Assembly: GCA_038891035.1 (NCBI GenBank)
Contig: JAWAEW010000006.1
Location: forward strand, 2,221-66,220
DNA from: Candidatus Anstonellaceae archaeon
Lineage (GTDB): Archaea > Micrarchaeota > Micrarchaeia > Anstonellales > Anstonellaceae
DNA length: 64,000 nt
Direction of reading: 5' to 3'
The notes below the pieces were generated by a model. The model did not search any database. It saw only the letters and a list, made by a program, of their open reading frames with translations, and was not told the origin of the DNA. Shown here piece after piece: positions 9,087-18,705 of this stretch; position 1 is the first letter of the stretch; every line of letters begins with the position of its first letter. The translations under genes and the position numbers were made by a program.

Positions 9087-10127
9087 TTACGCAAGCTCTT
9101 CTACAAGCTTTATAAGATAAGAGATTGTTTTTTCTATATCTTCAATCGCGCATACTGCAACGTTTGAATGAATATAGCGTGTTGGGACATTAATTGAGAT
9201 TGAAGGTATCCCTCCTTTTTCTCCATATACTGAAGCCGCATCAGTTGCACCACCCTCAATAACTTCAATTTGGTATGGTATTTTGTTCTTCTTTGCAACA
9301 GAGATGCATTTTTCCTTCATAATTGCATCAGCAACGTTGCCTCTTCCTCCTGCTTCTACCAAGCAGATTGCCGGGCCTTTAAAGAGGTGTATTAGTGCTT
9401 CATCCTCTGTCATTTCTGGATGGTCTCCGGCAATTGCTGTGTCAATCGCAATAAATGCAGAAGGTTCGAGATTGTAGGCCGCAATCATCGCTCCTTTTCC
9501 GAAGGTTGATACTTCTTCTTGTGCTGTACCTACTAGGACTACGTTTTTGTGTTTGACTTTTTTGGCCACTTCAAGTAAAATATAGCATCCGACTCTGTCA
9601 TCGAGTGCCTTTCCTGTGACCAGCTTGTTGTTGAGCATTTTTGTGCTGATGTCAAAGCAGATTGGGTCGCCAATTTTGACGCCCATTTTTTCAGCTTCTT
9701 TTCTGTTTTTTGCCCCAATGTCGATAAAGAGGGATTTGTTATCATATGCCATTTTCATATCTTCTGGTTTTTGCATGTGAGGAGGCTTGCTTCCGATCAC
9801 GCCGTATATATTACCCTTTTCAGTTTGGATGACCACACGTTGGTTGACAAGCACGCGGTTGTCAATTCCACCTACTTTTATGAAGCGAATAAATCCCTTG
9901 TCATTGATGAATTTAACCAGCATACCTATTTCATCCATATGGGCACCAAGCATAAGCGGTTTTTTCTTTGCAGCTGGAGAATGCGCAATCACATTGCCGA
10001 ATCTGTCGATTTGCGCCTTATAGCCTAATTTTGAAAACTCAGAATGCATAAGGCTTGCAATTTCTTTTTCATTCCCAGGCACGCCGAAGGATTCAGTCAG
10101 TTTGCAAAGCAGGTCCATATCTATCAT
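9087..10127 (-). CDS. M42-family aminopeptidase (TET/FrvX-like)
   Basis: 346 aa from internal start MIDMDLL; motifs 'GAHMDEIG', 'ALDDRVG', 'GGATDA' typical of M42 glutamyl aminopeptidase family. Confidence 0.8.
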   Translation of the reverse strand: MIDMDLLCKLTESFGVPGNEKEIASLMHSEFSKLGYKAQIDRFGNVIAHSPAAKKKPLMLGAHMDEIGMLVKFINDKGFIRFIKVGGIDNRVLVNQRVVIQTEKGNIYGVIGSKPPHMQKPEDMKMAYDNKSLFIDIGAKNRKEAEKMGVKIGDPICFDISTKMLNNKLVTGKALDDRVGCYILLEVAKKVKHKNVVLVGTAQEEVSTFGKGAMIAAYNLEPSAFIAIDTAIAGDHPEMTEDEALIHLFKGPAICLVEAGGRGNVADAIMKEKCISVAKKNKIPYQIEVIEGGATDAASVYGEKGGIPSISINVPTRYIHSNVAVCAIEDIEKTISYLIKLVEELA

Positions 10128-10173
10128 AAAACCACCCGAATATGTGTGAAATGGCAAAGAAAGTTAAAAAACA

Positions 10174-11049
10174 CTAAAGCTGAATCCTCATGCCGTCGTA
10201 AGCAACCTCGGTTTCTGGGAATATTTTTCTTGCTTCTTCTACTAAAACTGATGGATCTTTGTAGCGCCCTGAAATGTGAGTAAGTATAAGTTTTTTTGCC
10301 CTCGATCTTTTTGCAATTGCAGCTGCTTCAGCTGAGGTTGAATGCTTCGCTTCCTTTGCCTCTTGCTGCAAATCTGAAGAGAAGGTGGCTTCGTGAATCA
10401 TTAAGTCTGAGTCTTTTGCAGCTTTTGCAAAATCCAAACATGGCGCCGTGTCTCCAGAGTAGGCTATTTTTTTGCCTTTTTGAACATAGGTTATATCTTT
10501 CAGCTTCACCTTTTTACCCGCAATCAAAAGTTCGCCTTTTGCTAATATATCGGAAAACATTTTTCCTCTAAGACCCGCAAGGTGTGCTTTTTCCTCATAA
10601 AATCTGATTTTTTCTTTTTCCTCAATGATAAAGCCTAGGGAATTTTCTGTATGAAGCACTGGGATGGCGCGCACCGTAAAGCTTCCAAAGTCAGCTACAA
10701 AGTTAGGAGAAATTTCGGTAATCTTTACAAATGGGTGAAACTCATATTTTGCACCTAGAGATTTCTTTATTCCTGACGGACCGAAAATTTCAATGGTTTC
10801 TTGCCTGCCGTTCAAAGCCATTGTTTCAATCAGCCCGAATATCCCTAAATAGTGGTCAAGGTGAAGATGTGAAATGAAAATCGCCCGGACTTTCATGTAA
10901 GATACTCCAAAGCACATCATTTGCCTTTGTGTCCCTTCACCGCAATCAAAAAGCAAAAGGACGTTTTCTCTTCTAATTGCAATTGCAGGCATCCCTCGTT
11001 GAGGGGTAGGAACACCAGATGAGGTGCCAATCATTGTGACTTCAAACAT
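10174..11049 (-). CDS. rnz: ribonuclease Z (tRNA 3' endonuclease)
   Basis: metallo-beta-lactamase motif 'ISHLHLDH', short-form RNase Z length (291 aa), 'LILTH' C-terminal motif. Confidence 0.85.
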   Translation of the reverse strand: MFEVTMIGTSSGVPTPQRGMPAIAIRRENVLLLFDCGEGTQRQMMCFGVSYMKVRAIFISHLHLDHYLGIFGLIETMALNGRQETIEIFGPSGIKKSLGAKYEFHPFVKITEISPNFVADFGSFTVRAIPVLHTENSLGFIIEEKEKIRFYEEKAHLAGLRGKMFSDILAKGELLIAGKKVKLKDITYVQKGKKIAYSGDTAPCLDFAKAAKDSDLMIHEATFSSDLQQEAKEAKHSTSAEAAAIAKRSRAKKLILTHISGRYKDPSVLVEEARKIFPETEVAYDGMRIQL

Positions 11050-11085
11050 AAAGAAAAGGATAGGTAGAATATGTTAAATAAATTG

Positions 11086-11766
11086 CTAATCTTTGGAATT
11101 GATAAGGTAGGCGCCCGTAATTAGGATCACTATTACAAGAGCTGTCAAGGACACGAGAGGATTTTCTTTCAAATATTCTATTGGATCCTTGTGGTTTCCT
11201 TGCGGCTTTAGAGCATCCAAAAAATCTGGGCTTGGATTTGGCTGGCTGGAAAAAATTTCGGGTGGTGAAGTAAAGTCAAGCTTGACTGATGTTACATTTT
11301 CGATATGCAAGTCAAACTTTGAATTTTCAATTTGCTCAGTAGGCAAAATTTCGGATTCGATTGAGATGCTTGCTGGTGTTGAATTCCCAACTGTAATTAT
11401 GGCAGGAACTTCTGAAAAAAGAACTGAATCGTTTGAGCAGCCGCTATTTTCTATTTTGCAAAAAAGAAATACCTCTGCCTGCTTGCTTTGCGTTGAATTA
11501 GTTATGAATTTTAGGGATTCTGAAGATGAACTAATTTTGACTTTTACTAATAGATTTTCTGACTGAAGCTTATGCAAAGATTGGTTTGGAATGGCCCAAT
11601 ATATTTTTACACTTCCGCTGTATGGCTGGTTTGGTATAAGACCTTCGTAAGCAAAATCAAGCTCATAGTCAACTAACTTATCTAATGAAGAGAAATTGAT
11701 TGCCGTTTCTGAGCTGAAAGAGGCAATCATAAGGTATGGGAGGAATAAGCTCGCTACACTGGTCAT
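11086..11766 (-). CDS. secreted protein with C-terminal TM anchor (hypothetical)
   Basis: Preferred start MTSVASLFLPYLMIASFSS (signal-like) avoids overlap with pheS stop; C-term 'LVSLTALVIVILITGAYLINSKD'; S/N-rich extracellular part. Confidence 0.45.
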   Translation of the reverse strand: MTSVASLFLPYLMIASFSSETAINFSSLDKLVDYELDFAYEGLIPNQPYSGSVKIYWAIPNQSLHKLQSENLLVKVKISSSSESLKFITNSTQSKQAEVFLFCKIENSGCSNDSVLFSEVPAIITVGNSTPASISIESEILPTEQIENSKFDLHIENVTSVKLDFTSPPEIFSSQPNPSPDFLDALKPQGNHKDPIEYLKENPLVSLTALVIVILITGAYLINSKD

Positions 11767-11791
11767 AATTGCTAAATTGCCTGATGAATAT

Positions 11792-13207
11792 TTAATAGTG
11801 CGCGTGCACTTTCTGCGACCTAAGCCATCCAACTTTGCTTTTGTAAAACTCACGAATATCATCTATATCATAAAGAAGCATAAGCGGTCTCTCAAGCGAA
11901 AGCCCCCAGGCTAAGACTGGATAGCGGTCGCAAAGAGGGATGGAAACTTCTGGTCTGAAAATTCCTGCACCGCCCAACTCAATCCACTGCCTCCTTTTTT
12001 CGAAATAAACAGAGATTTCAAGTGATGGCTCTGTGTAAGGGAAATATGATGGCTGAAAGCGAATTTTGTCAAATCCGAGCTTTCGATAGAATTCCTTTAA
12101 GCATCCCAGGAGATGTCGAAAGGTCGCCCCCTCCCAAACTACTATGCCTTCAACTTGGAAAAATTCTGCAAGATGCTTGTAGTCCGTTGCTTCGTTTCTG
12201 AAGACTTTTCCTATGCAGAAGTACTTCTTCGGCTGCTTTTCTTTGCAAAACTGATAAAGATAGTGGGCTGAAATTGAAGTGGTGTGGGTCCGCAATACGA
12301 GCTTTGAAGCAAGGGAAGGCTGCCAACTTCCACCCCAGTATTTCTCATGGACTTTTTTGACTCTTTGGACTAAATGTGGATCTGAGGGAAGCGCACCTTC
12401 TTCTTTTAGATAAAATGTGTCTGCGAGGTCTCTGGCAGGATGGTCCTGCGGCTGGAAAAGTGCGTCGAAATTCCAGAAGCTGGACTGGACTTCGTCACCT
12501 ATCATCTCCTCAAACCCCATTTGAGCAAAAATTAGGCTTATTTGCTTTCTGAGCTGCGATATTATGTGTCTGCAGGCTACAAATGGTATTTCTACAGGGG
12601 TATGAACATCGTAAGGTCTGAAAGTTGTGTTTTTCCAGCTTCCAGAAAGAAGCATCTCCCGAGTCAATGCATTAACTTGAGAGAGTGGCAGCTCCTGTGG
12701 AGGTTTTGCTGCCGTAGGCTCAAAAAATATCACTTTTGAGACTATAGTTTCCACGAGTTTTCTTTTTATTAGAATGTCAAGCTGTTGGGGATGTGGATTG
12801 AGGCCGAGCTTGGCCTGTTCTAATGCGTGCCTTGGAGGATATGGGCTTGGCGGGGAGGAGACCAGGATCAGTTTCTGCCCATCTATTTTTATCCATCCGT
12901 TTTTGATAGCCCATGGAAGCCCTATCGATTTTTCTTCTTCAGAAAGTGATGAAATCATTGTATTTTGCATTGCTTTTATTGCAACTTTTTCTTCTGGAAA
13001 TCCAAATGAAAGGAAGCTTTCCCCTTCCTTTGTAAGCCTTATGTGCTTTTGGGTTTGAACGGTTATTGAAACCAGGCCCTTTTCCTTGAGTACTTGGCCA
13101 AACGAAAGTATCGCGTCTTCTGGAAGTCCTGACTCTGCTGCAAGCTCCTTTGAGCTTTTCTTGCCAGAAAGCAAAGACAATATTTTAGATTCAATTTGAT
13201 GGAACAT
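11792..13207 (-). CDS. pheS: phenylalanine--tRNA ligase alpha subunit (archaeal type)
   Basis: class II aaRS motifs 'FRPE', 'GLSLERPLMLLYDIDDIREF'; N-terminal winged-helix region; preferred start MFHQIESKIL avoids overlap with downstream gene. Confidence 0.85.
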   Translation of the reverse strand: MFHQIESKILSLLSGKKSSKELAAESGLPEDAILSFGQVLKEKGLVSITVQTQKHIRLTKEGESFLSFGFPEEKVAIKAMQNTMISSLSEEEKSIGLPWAIKNGWIKIDGQKLILVSSPPSPYPPRHALEQAKLGLNPHPQQLDILIKRKLVETIVSKVIFFEPTAAKPPQELPLSQVNALTREMLLSGSWKNTTFRPYDVHTPVEIPFVACRHIISQLRKQISLIFAQMGFEEMIGDEVQSSFWNFDALFQPQDHPARDLADTFYLKEEGALPSDPHLVQRVKKVHEKYWGGSWQPSLASKLVLRTHTTSISAHYLYQFCKEKQPKKYFCIGKVFRNEATDYKHLAEFFQVEGIVVWEGATFRHLLGCLKEFYRKLGFDKIRFQPSYFPYTEPSLEISVYFEKRRQWIELGGAGIFRPEVSIPLCDRYPVLAWGLSLERPLMLLYDIDDIREFYKSKVGWLRSQKVHAHY

Positions 13208-13217
13208 GAAGATAGCC

Positions 13218-14069
13218 TCATTTTTCAAGCCGGTTGAAATAATATAAGCTTGATGCAGCTGCTGCAAAAAGCAGGAGTGCTGCAAGCCCGTCTGGCCCAA
13301 GGAAAAGCCGCAAGACCACTGCCTGGGCTTCCTTGAAGAATTCTATTGCTTCAGTTTCAAGTGGGAATTCAATTTCAAAGGTAAATTGGAATTTGGAAAG
13401 CATGTCCCCCTTCCAACTGAATACTCTTTCTTTGCCTATGTAATAGCGCAAATTGGAAGTATAATCATACCTGAATTGTGATTCGTCTTCTTCTGGCACA
13501 TTGGAAGGTAAGCTGGAAAAGTAAATCTTTTCTGCAAGTGGAGGTATTGCAAATGCAATGTTGGTGTTTGGTGGCAGAATCAAATCACCTGTTCTAGTTT
13601 GTTCAAAGGATAAAGCAGGAGTTTGTATAGAGTATTTGGCGGTTCTTGGTTTGTACCAATCAACTCGGACAAGGCCAGAGCCTTCTTTTGATGCAGGAAC
13701 CTCATAAGCCAAAATCAATGTTGCATGACATAAATCAAGGTATGGGTTGCAGCGCTCTATCGGTTGAGGAATCACACGCAGGTTCTTGATATCTGCATAG
13801 GCTCTGCTTATATGGTGCCTCATTTCTGAAAGGCCGGTTCTTTCTCTCCAAGTGGCCAAATCTGAAAATACTGCTCTTGTGTCTTCGTAGATCTGCCTGG
13901 AAGACCCATTCATCATAATTGCGAATTTTTCTTCTACATTTGCACTTCCATCCTGGTTTATTCTTATAAAAACTGAAATAGAGCGCATAGTAAAATCGGA
14001 ATGTATAGGTGAAAGGATGATTAATAAAAGTAGAAAGACTTTCACAAAAAGCTGGAATTTTTGCCTCAT
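13218..14069 (-). CDS. secreted protein with signal peptide and C-terminal TM anchor (hypothetical)
   Basis: N-term MRQKFQLFVKVFLLLLIILSPIHS; C-term 'GLAALLLFAAAASSLYYFNRLEK'. Confidence 0.45.
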   Translation of the reverse strand: MRQKFQLFVKVFLLLLIILSPIHSDFTMRSISVFIRINQDGSANVEEKFAIMMNGSSRQIYEDTRAVFSDLATWRERTGLSEMRHHISRAYADIKNLRVIPQPIERCNPYLDLCHATLILAYEVPASKEGSGLVRVDWYKPRTAKYSIQTPALSFEQTRTGDLILPPNTNIAFAIPPLAEKIYFSSLPSNVPEEDESQFRYDYTSNLRYYIGKERVFSWKGDMLSKFQFTFEIEFPLETEAIEFFKEAQAVVLRLFLGPDGLAALLLFAAAASSLYYFNRLEK

Positions 14070-14106
14070 GTAAGGACTATTGCCACTATTTATTTAAATT
14101 TGCGGC

Positions 14107-14793
14107 GTGCCAAATGCAACTGTGAGAGCCGTAACATACTTAGGACACAACTCATTCGAAGTGCGATTAGGCAATATAGTTATGCTTTTCAGCCCTGTGG
14201 TTGCAGAGCAGATAGGCCAGCACAGAAGACTGATCAAATCTGCTCTTAATCCAAGAAATGTAAGGGAATGTGATATGATTTTCCTCCCAAACGAGGAGCC
14301 GACGAACTGTGAGCCGCCTACGATAAAAGAGGTTGCTGAAAGATGCTTTTCGATTGTGATTGCCCCTAAGCCTGCACTTTCAAAAATCGACATATCAGAA
14401 AGGTTTAAGGTCGAAGTTCATGTGCAAGATAAATTTACTTTGAAAGGGATAGATGTAGAGGTTATTAGGGCAGTGCATCCCCAGTCTCAATATCCGGTTG
14501 GCTATCTTTTGAAAGGAGACGGACTGAGCCTTTATTATGCAGGCGACACCTACAGCTTTACGGACATGGGAAGAATTAGGTGTGATGTTGCAATTGTGCC
14601 TATTGGTGGCGGCGCGACTATGGACCCTTTTGCTGCAAGCAGTGCCGTAAAAGAAATGAGACCAAAAATTGCAATTCCCATGGGATACAACACGTTCGAG
14701 AAGAATATGCAAGAGCCCAGCGAATTTGCAGATGATTTGGGAAGCGGTACAAAAGGAGTGGTGCTAAAGGTTGGGCAGCAAGTTCGGCTTTGA
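14107..14793 (+). CDS. MBL-fold metal-dependent hydrolase (UPF0173/UlaG-like)
   Basis: 228 aa; 'YYAGDTYSF...AIVPIGG' pattern of beta-lactamase-fold hydrolases. Confidence 0.65.
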   Translation: MPNATVRAVTYLGHNSFEVRLGNIVMLFSPVVAEQIGQHRRLIKSALNPRNVRECDMIFLPNEEPTNCEPPTIKEVAERCFSIVIAPKPALSKIDISERFKVEVHVQDKFTLKGIDVEVIRAVHPQSQYPVGYLLKGDGLSLYYAGDTYSFTDMGRIRCDVAIVPIGGGATMDPFAASSAVKEMRPKIAIPMGYNTFEKNMQEPSEFADDLGSGTKGVVLKVGQQVRL

Positions 14794-14837
14794 TTTTTAA
14801 TATTTTGCATATCAATTCAGAACAAGAGGTTGGTTTT

Positions 14838-15242
14838 ATGATAACAGGAATAAAAATAAACAAAGTGGAAGCAAGGCGTGACAGCGAAAGCGAAATTATT
14901 GGGCTAAATATCAATATTACGATTGACTCGCTTAATGTAAAAAATAACCAAATTGAGATAGGCTTTACTTATTCTGCAGCTTATACAGAAGGCGTAGGGG
15001 AATTAAAAATGAGTGGCATCTTATATGCTACAGAGGAAGCAAAACTTGCCAAAGAGATAAGCGATAAATGGGTAAAGGAAAAAAGACTTCCAGACGCTTA
15101 TGCTGAAATGGTGCTGAATGCGCTTAATTATGCTTGTGGGACAAATGGAGTATTTGCAGTAAGAATAGTGAATCTTACTCCTCCTATTGTTCCTCCGAAG
15201 ATAACTCTTAATCCGCAGCCACCGCAACAGCCGAAGAAATAA
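14838..15242 (+). CDS. hypothetical protein
   Basis: ATG at 14838 preceded by GAGGT Shine-Dalgarno-like sequence; no recognisable family; Pro-rich C-terminus. Confidence 0.4.
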   Translation: MITGIKINKVEARRDSESEIIGLNINITIDSLNVKNNQIEIGFTYSAAYTEGVGELKMSGILYATEEAKLAKEISDKWVKEKRLPDAYAEMVLNALNYACGTNGVFAVRIVNLTPPIVPPKITLNPQPPQQPKK

Positions 15243-15243
15243 A

Positions 15244-16980
15244 TCAAAGCCTGCTGCCAACTGAAAATGCCTTAACACCAAGGAGCATGCTTCTTATTGC
15301 AAATGCAAATGAAGGAAGTGAAAGAATAATAGAAAGGGAAGGCGGTGCAAGGGTATAGGCAAGGGCGTACAGACCGGAAAGAAGTAGGAAGGAAAAGGCG
15401 CAAAGAAAATATATTAAAATTTCATATTTTTGGCCGGTGCTCGAGCGCCCAACCATCTTTGAAATCGACGAAAATGAAGAATATAAGTTGACTAGAAAGA
15501 CTGCAGAAAAAAAGAAAAAGAGCATGAAAAGGAAAATGAAAAATGAGCCGATTATGCTAAAATGTGGCTCTTGCATCAAAAATATCCCACCAAAGCAAAG
15601 TGAAGACAAAAGTCCTGCTATTGCAGCATTTTTAGAGGTAAGTGCAAGTTGCTCGCGAGTGGAGACTGCTCCTGAAAGCTGAGAAATTGAAGGAAGCTTT
15701 TCCACTACACGATAATAACGCGAGGATTCTGTAAATGCGCGCCTCATGCCTAATATTGTCATTCTTATCATGCGCATATTTTTGATTAAGAGTGGTGGGC
15801 TTAGGCGCAAAAGGACGCTGTAAATTTCGTTCTCTTTATTCAAAAGCCATGCTGAAAAAAATGAGGAAATAATTATTGAGAAACCAAAGACTCCAAGAAG
15901 CTGAGACTGCAAAATGCGATCTGACACTCCTTGGCTTATCAAAAGAAGCGAAAGCTCAGAAAGAGGTAGCATCACTGCTGAACAAAGACCTGCACTGCGA
16001 CCGGAAAAGCCGGCAAAATACGAAGAGATACCTGCCGAAATGAATCTTATGACTAGAGAGATAATAAGGAAAATTGAAAGCAGAAGCACGTCCGAAAATA
16101 GAGAAAAAAGATTTATCATCAAACCTATAGAAAAGAAGAAAAAGGATGCAAAAAGGAAGTTGAATGGCTTGATTTTTTCTTCTATTTTTCTTGATTCAAA
16201 TGAACCTGCGATTGTACTTCCAGCAAGGAAAGCACCTACAGAAAACGAAAGCCCGATTGCTTCTGAAATATAACCTATCATAAGTGCAAGACTTACTGTC
16301 CCTAAAATCAAAAGTTCATCTGAATGAGAAATCATGGAAAGGAAGCGGGAGATTATGCGCGAAAGGACTAGATATGCAAAAACAAAAGTTGCAATGACGC
16401 GTATGAGGGAAATTGCAAGGGCATAGTCGCTTTGTATTGTGGGCCTTGCAATCAGACCCAAGATAAAAACAGTGAGCAAGTCCTCTATTATAATGATTGA
16501 AAACACTAGAAGGGTTTCTGGTCTTCTCATCTTGCCTGCAGATTCAAGCAACTTGACTATTATTGGTGTAGATGAGAATGATAGCGCAATTGCGATTAGA
16601 GTGGAGGTCTGTGCTGGAAAACCTATCATAAGCATCAATGTATTAGTCACAATGTAAGTGATGCCTATTTTCAGTGCAGTTGCAAGGAAAACTAGCACGC
16701 CTGACTGTGTTAGGCGAACGATTGAGAATTCTAGCCCTATACCAAAAAGAATCAAAGCTGAGCCAATCACTGCAAATACTTCTACTGTGGCAGGATTTGA
16801 AATCAGAAGGCTGCTAAAGCGGAAGCCCATCCATTCTAATTCTGCAAGAGGGGAGTATGGGCCAACCAGCATTCCTGCTATAAGCACTCCCAAAATGAGA
16901 GGTAGACCTAGCCTCTCAAAGATCAAAGCAAAAAACATAATCACAGTAATGCTAATGCCTACTGCAAATGCAGGCTCCAT
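15244..16980 (-). CDS. cation:proton antiporter (CPA/Kef-NapA-type Na+/H+ exchanger family) membrane protein
   Basis: 578 aa, >12 predicted TM helices; N-terminal 'GLPLILGVLIAGMLVGP' motif typical of CPA2 exchangers. Confidence 0.65.
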   Translation of the reverse strand: MEPAFAVGISITVIMFFALIFERLGLPLILGVLIAGMLVGPYSPLAELEWMGFRFSSLLISNPATVEVFAVIGSALILFGIGLEFSIVRLTQSGVLVFLATALKIGITYIVTNTLMLMIGFPAQTSTLIAIALSFSSTPIIVKLLESAGKMRRPETLLVFSIIIIEDLLTVFILGLIARPTIQSDYALAISLIRVIATFVFAYLVLSRIISRFLSMISHSDELLILGTVSLALMIGYISEAIGLSFSVGAFLAGSTIAGSFESRKIEEKIKPFNFLFASFFFFSIGLMINLFSLFSDVLLLSIFLIISLVIRFISAGISSYFAGFSGRSAGLCSAVMLPLSELSLLLISQGVSDRILQSQLLGVFGFSIIISSFFSAWLLNKENEIYSVLLRLSPPLLIKNMRMIRMTILGMRRAFTESSRYYRVVEKLPSISQLSGAVSTREQLALTSKNAAIAGLLSSLCFGGIFLMQEPHFSIIGSFFIFLFMLFFFFSAVFLVNLYSSFSSISKMVGRSSTGQKYEILIYFLCAFSFLLLSGLYALAYTLAPPSLSIILSLPSFAFAIRSMLLGVKAFSVGSRL

Positions 16981-17020
16981 AGCATTAGGTTAAATATCAA
17001 AAATTTAAAAACAGGCTGAA

Positions 17021-17350
17021 TTAGCATGAGATGGTAGTTCCAGGTGGAGCAAGAAGTTGCAAGACTTTGGGGGAGACAGTTGCAATCAAAATGCCTATCA
17101 AAGCTCCTGTAAGGCAAGAGGTTGCCCACACATTTGCGCGAGCCCGCGTTTCTGCTCCCATCATTTGACCTGTTGCATAAATGACTGCAGAAAGAACAAT
17201 CATCGTCATGGCGGCAATAGGTATTAAGTCTTTAATTCCGGTGCAAAGTTGCTGTAAGGCGTCTTTGAGTTTCTGTGTGGGTGGTTGAGAGGTAGCAACG
17301 ATAGTTGCCACTAAAAAAACCAATATGATAGCTAACACTTTTTGACGCAT
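17021..17350 (-). CDS. small secreted membrane protein, VirB2/TrbC-pilin-like topology
   Basis: 109 aa: signal peptide MRQKVLAIILVFLVATIVATS, then two hydrophobic helices separated by short polar loop (GQMMGAETRARAN). Confidence 0.4.
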   Translation of the reverse strand: MRQKVLAIILVFLVATIVATSQPPTQKLKDALQQLCTGIKDLIPIAAMTMIVLSAVIYATGQMMGAETRARANVWATSCLTGALIGILIATVSPKVLQLLAPPGTTISC

Positions 17351-17411
17351 TTATACACCAATTGTGTGTTGGAAAAAACAGTTTTTAAAGTATGAAGTCT
17401 GAGGTTAAGCT

Positions 17412-18161
17412 ATGAAAGTCAAGCTCGATATAAGAAAGAGCCTTCAAGAAAACGCCGCAGTGTATTTTGAGCTTGCAAAATCCTTTGCAAAGAAAGCAGA
17501 TGGTGTAAAAAAAGCAATTGTAGAGACTGAAAAAAAGCTTTCTCAATCAATTTCTGAAAAGGAGATTTTGCAGGCTCCAAAGATGAAGAGAAAGAAAGAT
17601 TGGTATGAGAAATACCATTGGTTTTTCACTTCTGAAAAAAAGCTGGTAGTTGCAGGGAGAGATGCAAAGCAAAACGACCAGCTTGTTTTATCGGTGATGA
17701 AGGGGCAGGACTTGTTTTTCCATGCAGATATCCAGGGGGCTCCTGCAACTATACTTTTTGATGGGAAAAATTCTTCTGAACAAGAAAAAAGAGAGACCGC
17801 ACAATTTGCAGCATCCCATTCATCTGCCTGGAAAATAGGTGCTGCGTCTGTTGATGTCTATTTTGTGCAAAAAGAGCAGCTTTCCAAAGCAGCACATGGT
17901 GGGTATGTTGGAAAGGGAGGGTTTGCAATAAGCGGAAAAAGAGAGTGGATTCGCGCTGTTCCATTGGGACTGGCGATTGTTGCACAAGAAAACAGAGCAG
18001 TGTGTTTACCACTGTGTCATCCTGAAGCAAGGAAAGGTGTGGTGGTTTTGCCAGGCAAAACAGAGAAAGGCAAAGCTGCAGAAACCATAGCAAAGCTGAT
18101 TGGTGTGGAAAAAGAAGAGATTTTGCTGGTTTTGCCAGCAGGCAAATTCTCAATAAAGTGA
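17412..18161 (+). CDS. NFACT-R (DUF814) domain protein, RqcH/Tae2 C-terminal-like
   Basis: 'YHWFFTSEKKLVVAGRDAKQNDQLV...LFFHADIQGAPATIL' matches NFACT-R_1 signature. Confidence 0.65.
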   Translation: MKVKLDIRKSLQENAAVYFELAKSFAKKADGVKKAIVETEKKLSQSISEKEILQAPKMKRKKDWYEKYHWFFTSEKKLVVAGRDAKQNDQLVLSVMKGQDLFFHADIQGAPATILFDGKNSSEQEKRETAQFAASHSSAWKIGAASVDVYFVQKEQLSKAAHGGYVGKGGFAISGKREWIRAVPLGLAIVAQENRAVCLPLCHPEARKGVVVLPGKTEKGKAAETIAKLIGVEKEEILLVLPAGKFSIK

Positions 18162-18165
18162 GAGG

Positions 18166-18705
18166 ATGTTTGAAAGGATAGAGAGGGATACGTACATGCT
18201 TTCTTCCAAAGGCAGGTTGTGCAGCACAATTTATCTAATCCAAGAAGACAAAAGACGCATTTTGATTGATTCTGGTGATGGTTGGGTTCATCTTGATTTT
18301 GTACCTGATTTATGCATTCTTACGCACGGACACTTTGACCATACTGGAGGAGTTAAAAAAAATTGGAAGAGGGTGCTTATTCATAGGGATGAATTTGGTT
18401 TTTCTGGCCCTTATATTAGGATTCCGCCAAATGCTGTACCAAATCCCATGAGGCCTATTAGGTTTGGTTCGCATCTTTTGGAGTTTATCCACACACCAGG
18501 GCATACTGCAGGAAGCATATGCATATTTGACAGAAGCACTGGTGTTCTTTTTTCAGGTGATACGAAGTTTGCTGAAGGTGGATTTGGAAGGGTGGATTTA
18601 GGAGGTAACTGGGAGAAACTTCAGAAAAGTCTGCAAAAGATTGAAAAGATACCCTACAGGCTCCTTTGCCCTGGCCACGGAGATGTGGAGGAGAGACATG
18701 ATTGA
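18166..18705 (+). CDS. MBL-fold metallo-hydrolase (glyoxalase II-like)
   Basis: 'LTHGHFDHTGG' metal-binding motif, 'TPGHTAGS'. Confidence 0.7.
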   Translation: MFERIERDTYMLSSKGRLCSTIYLIQEDKRRILIDSGDGWVHLDFVPDLCILTHGHFDHTGGVKKNWKRVLIHRDEFGFSGPYIRIPPNAVPNPMRPIRFGSHLLEFIHTPGHTAGSICIFDRSTGVLFSGDTKFAEGGFGRVDLGGNWEKLQKSLQKIEKIPYRLLCPGHGDVEERHD

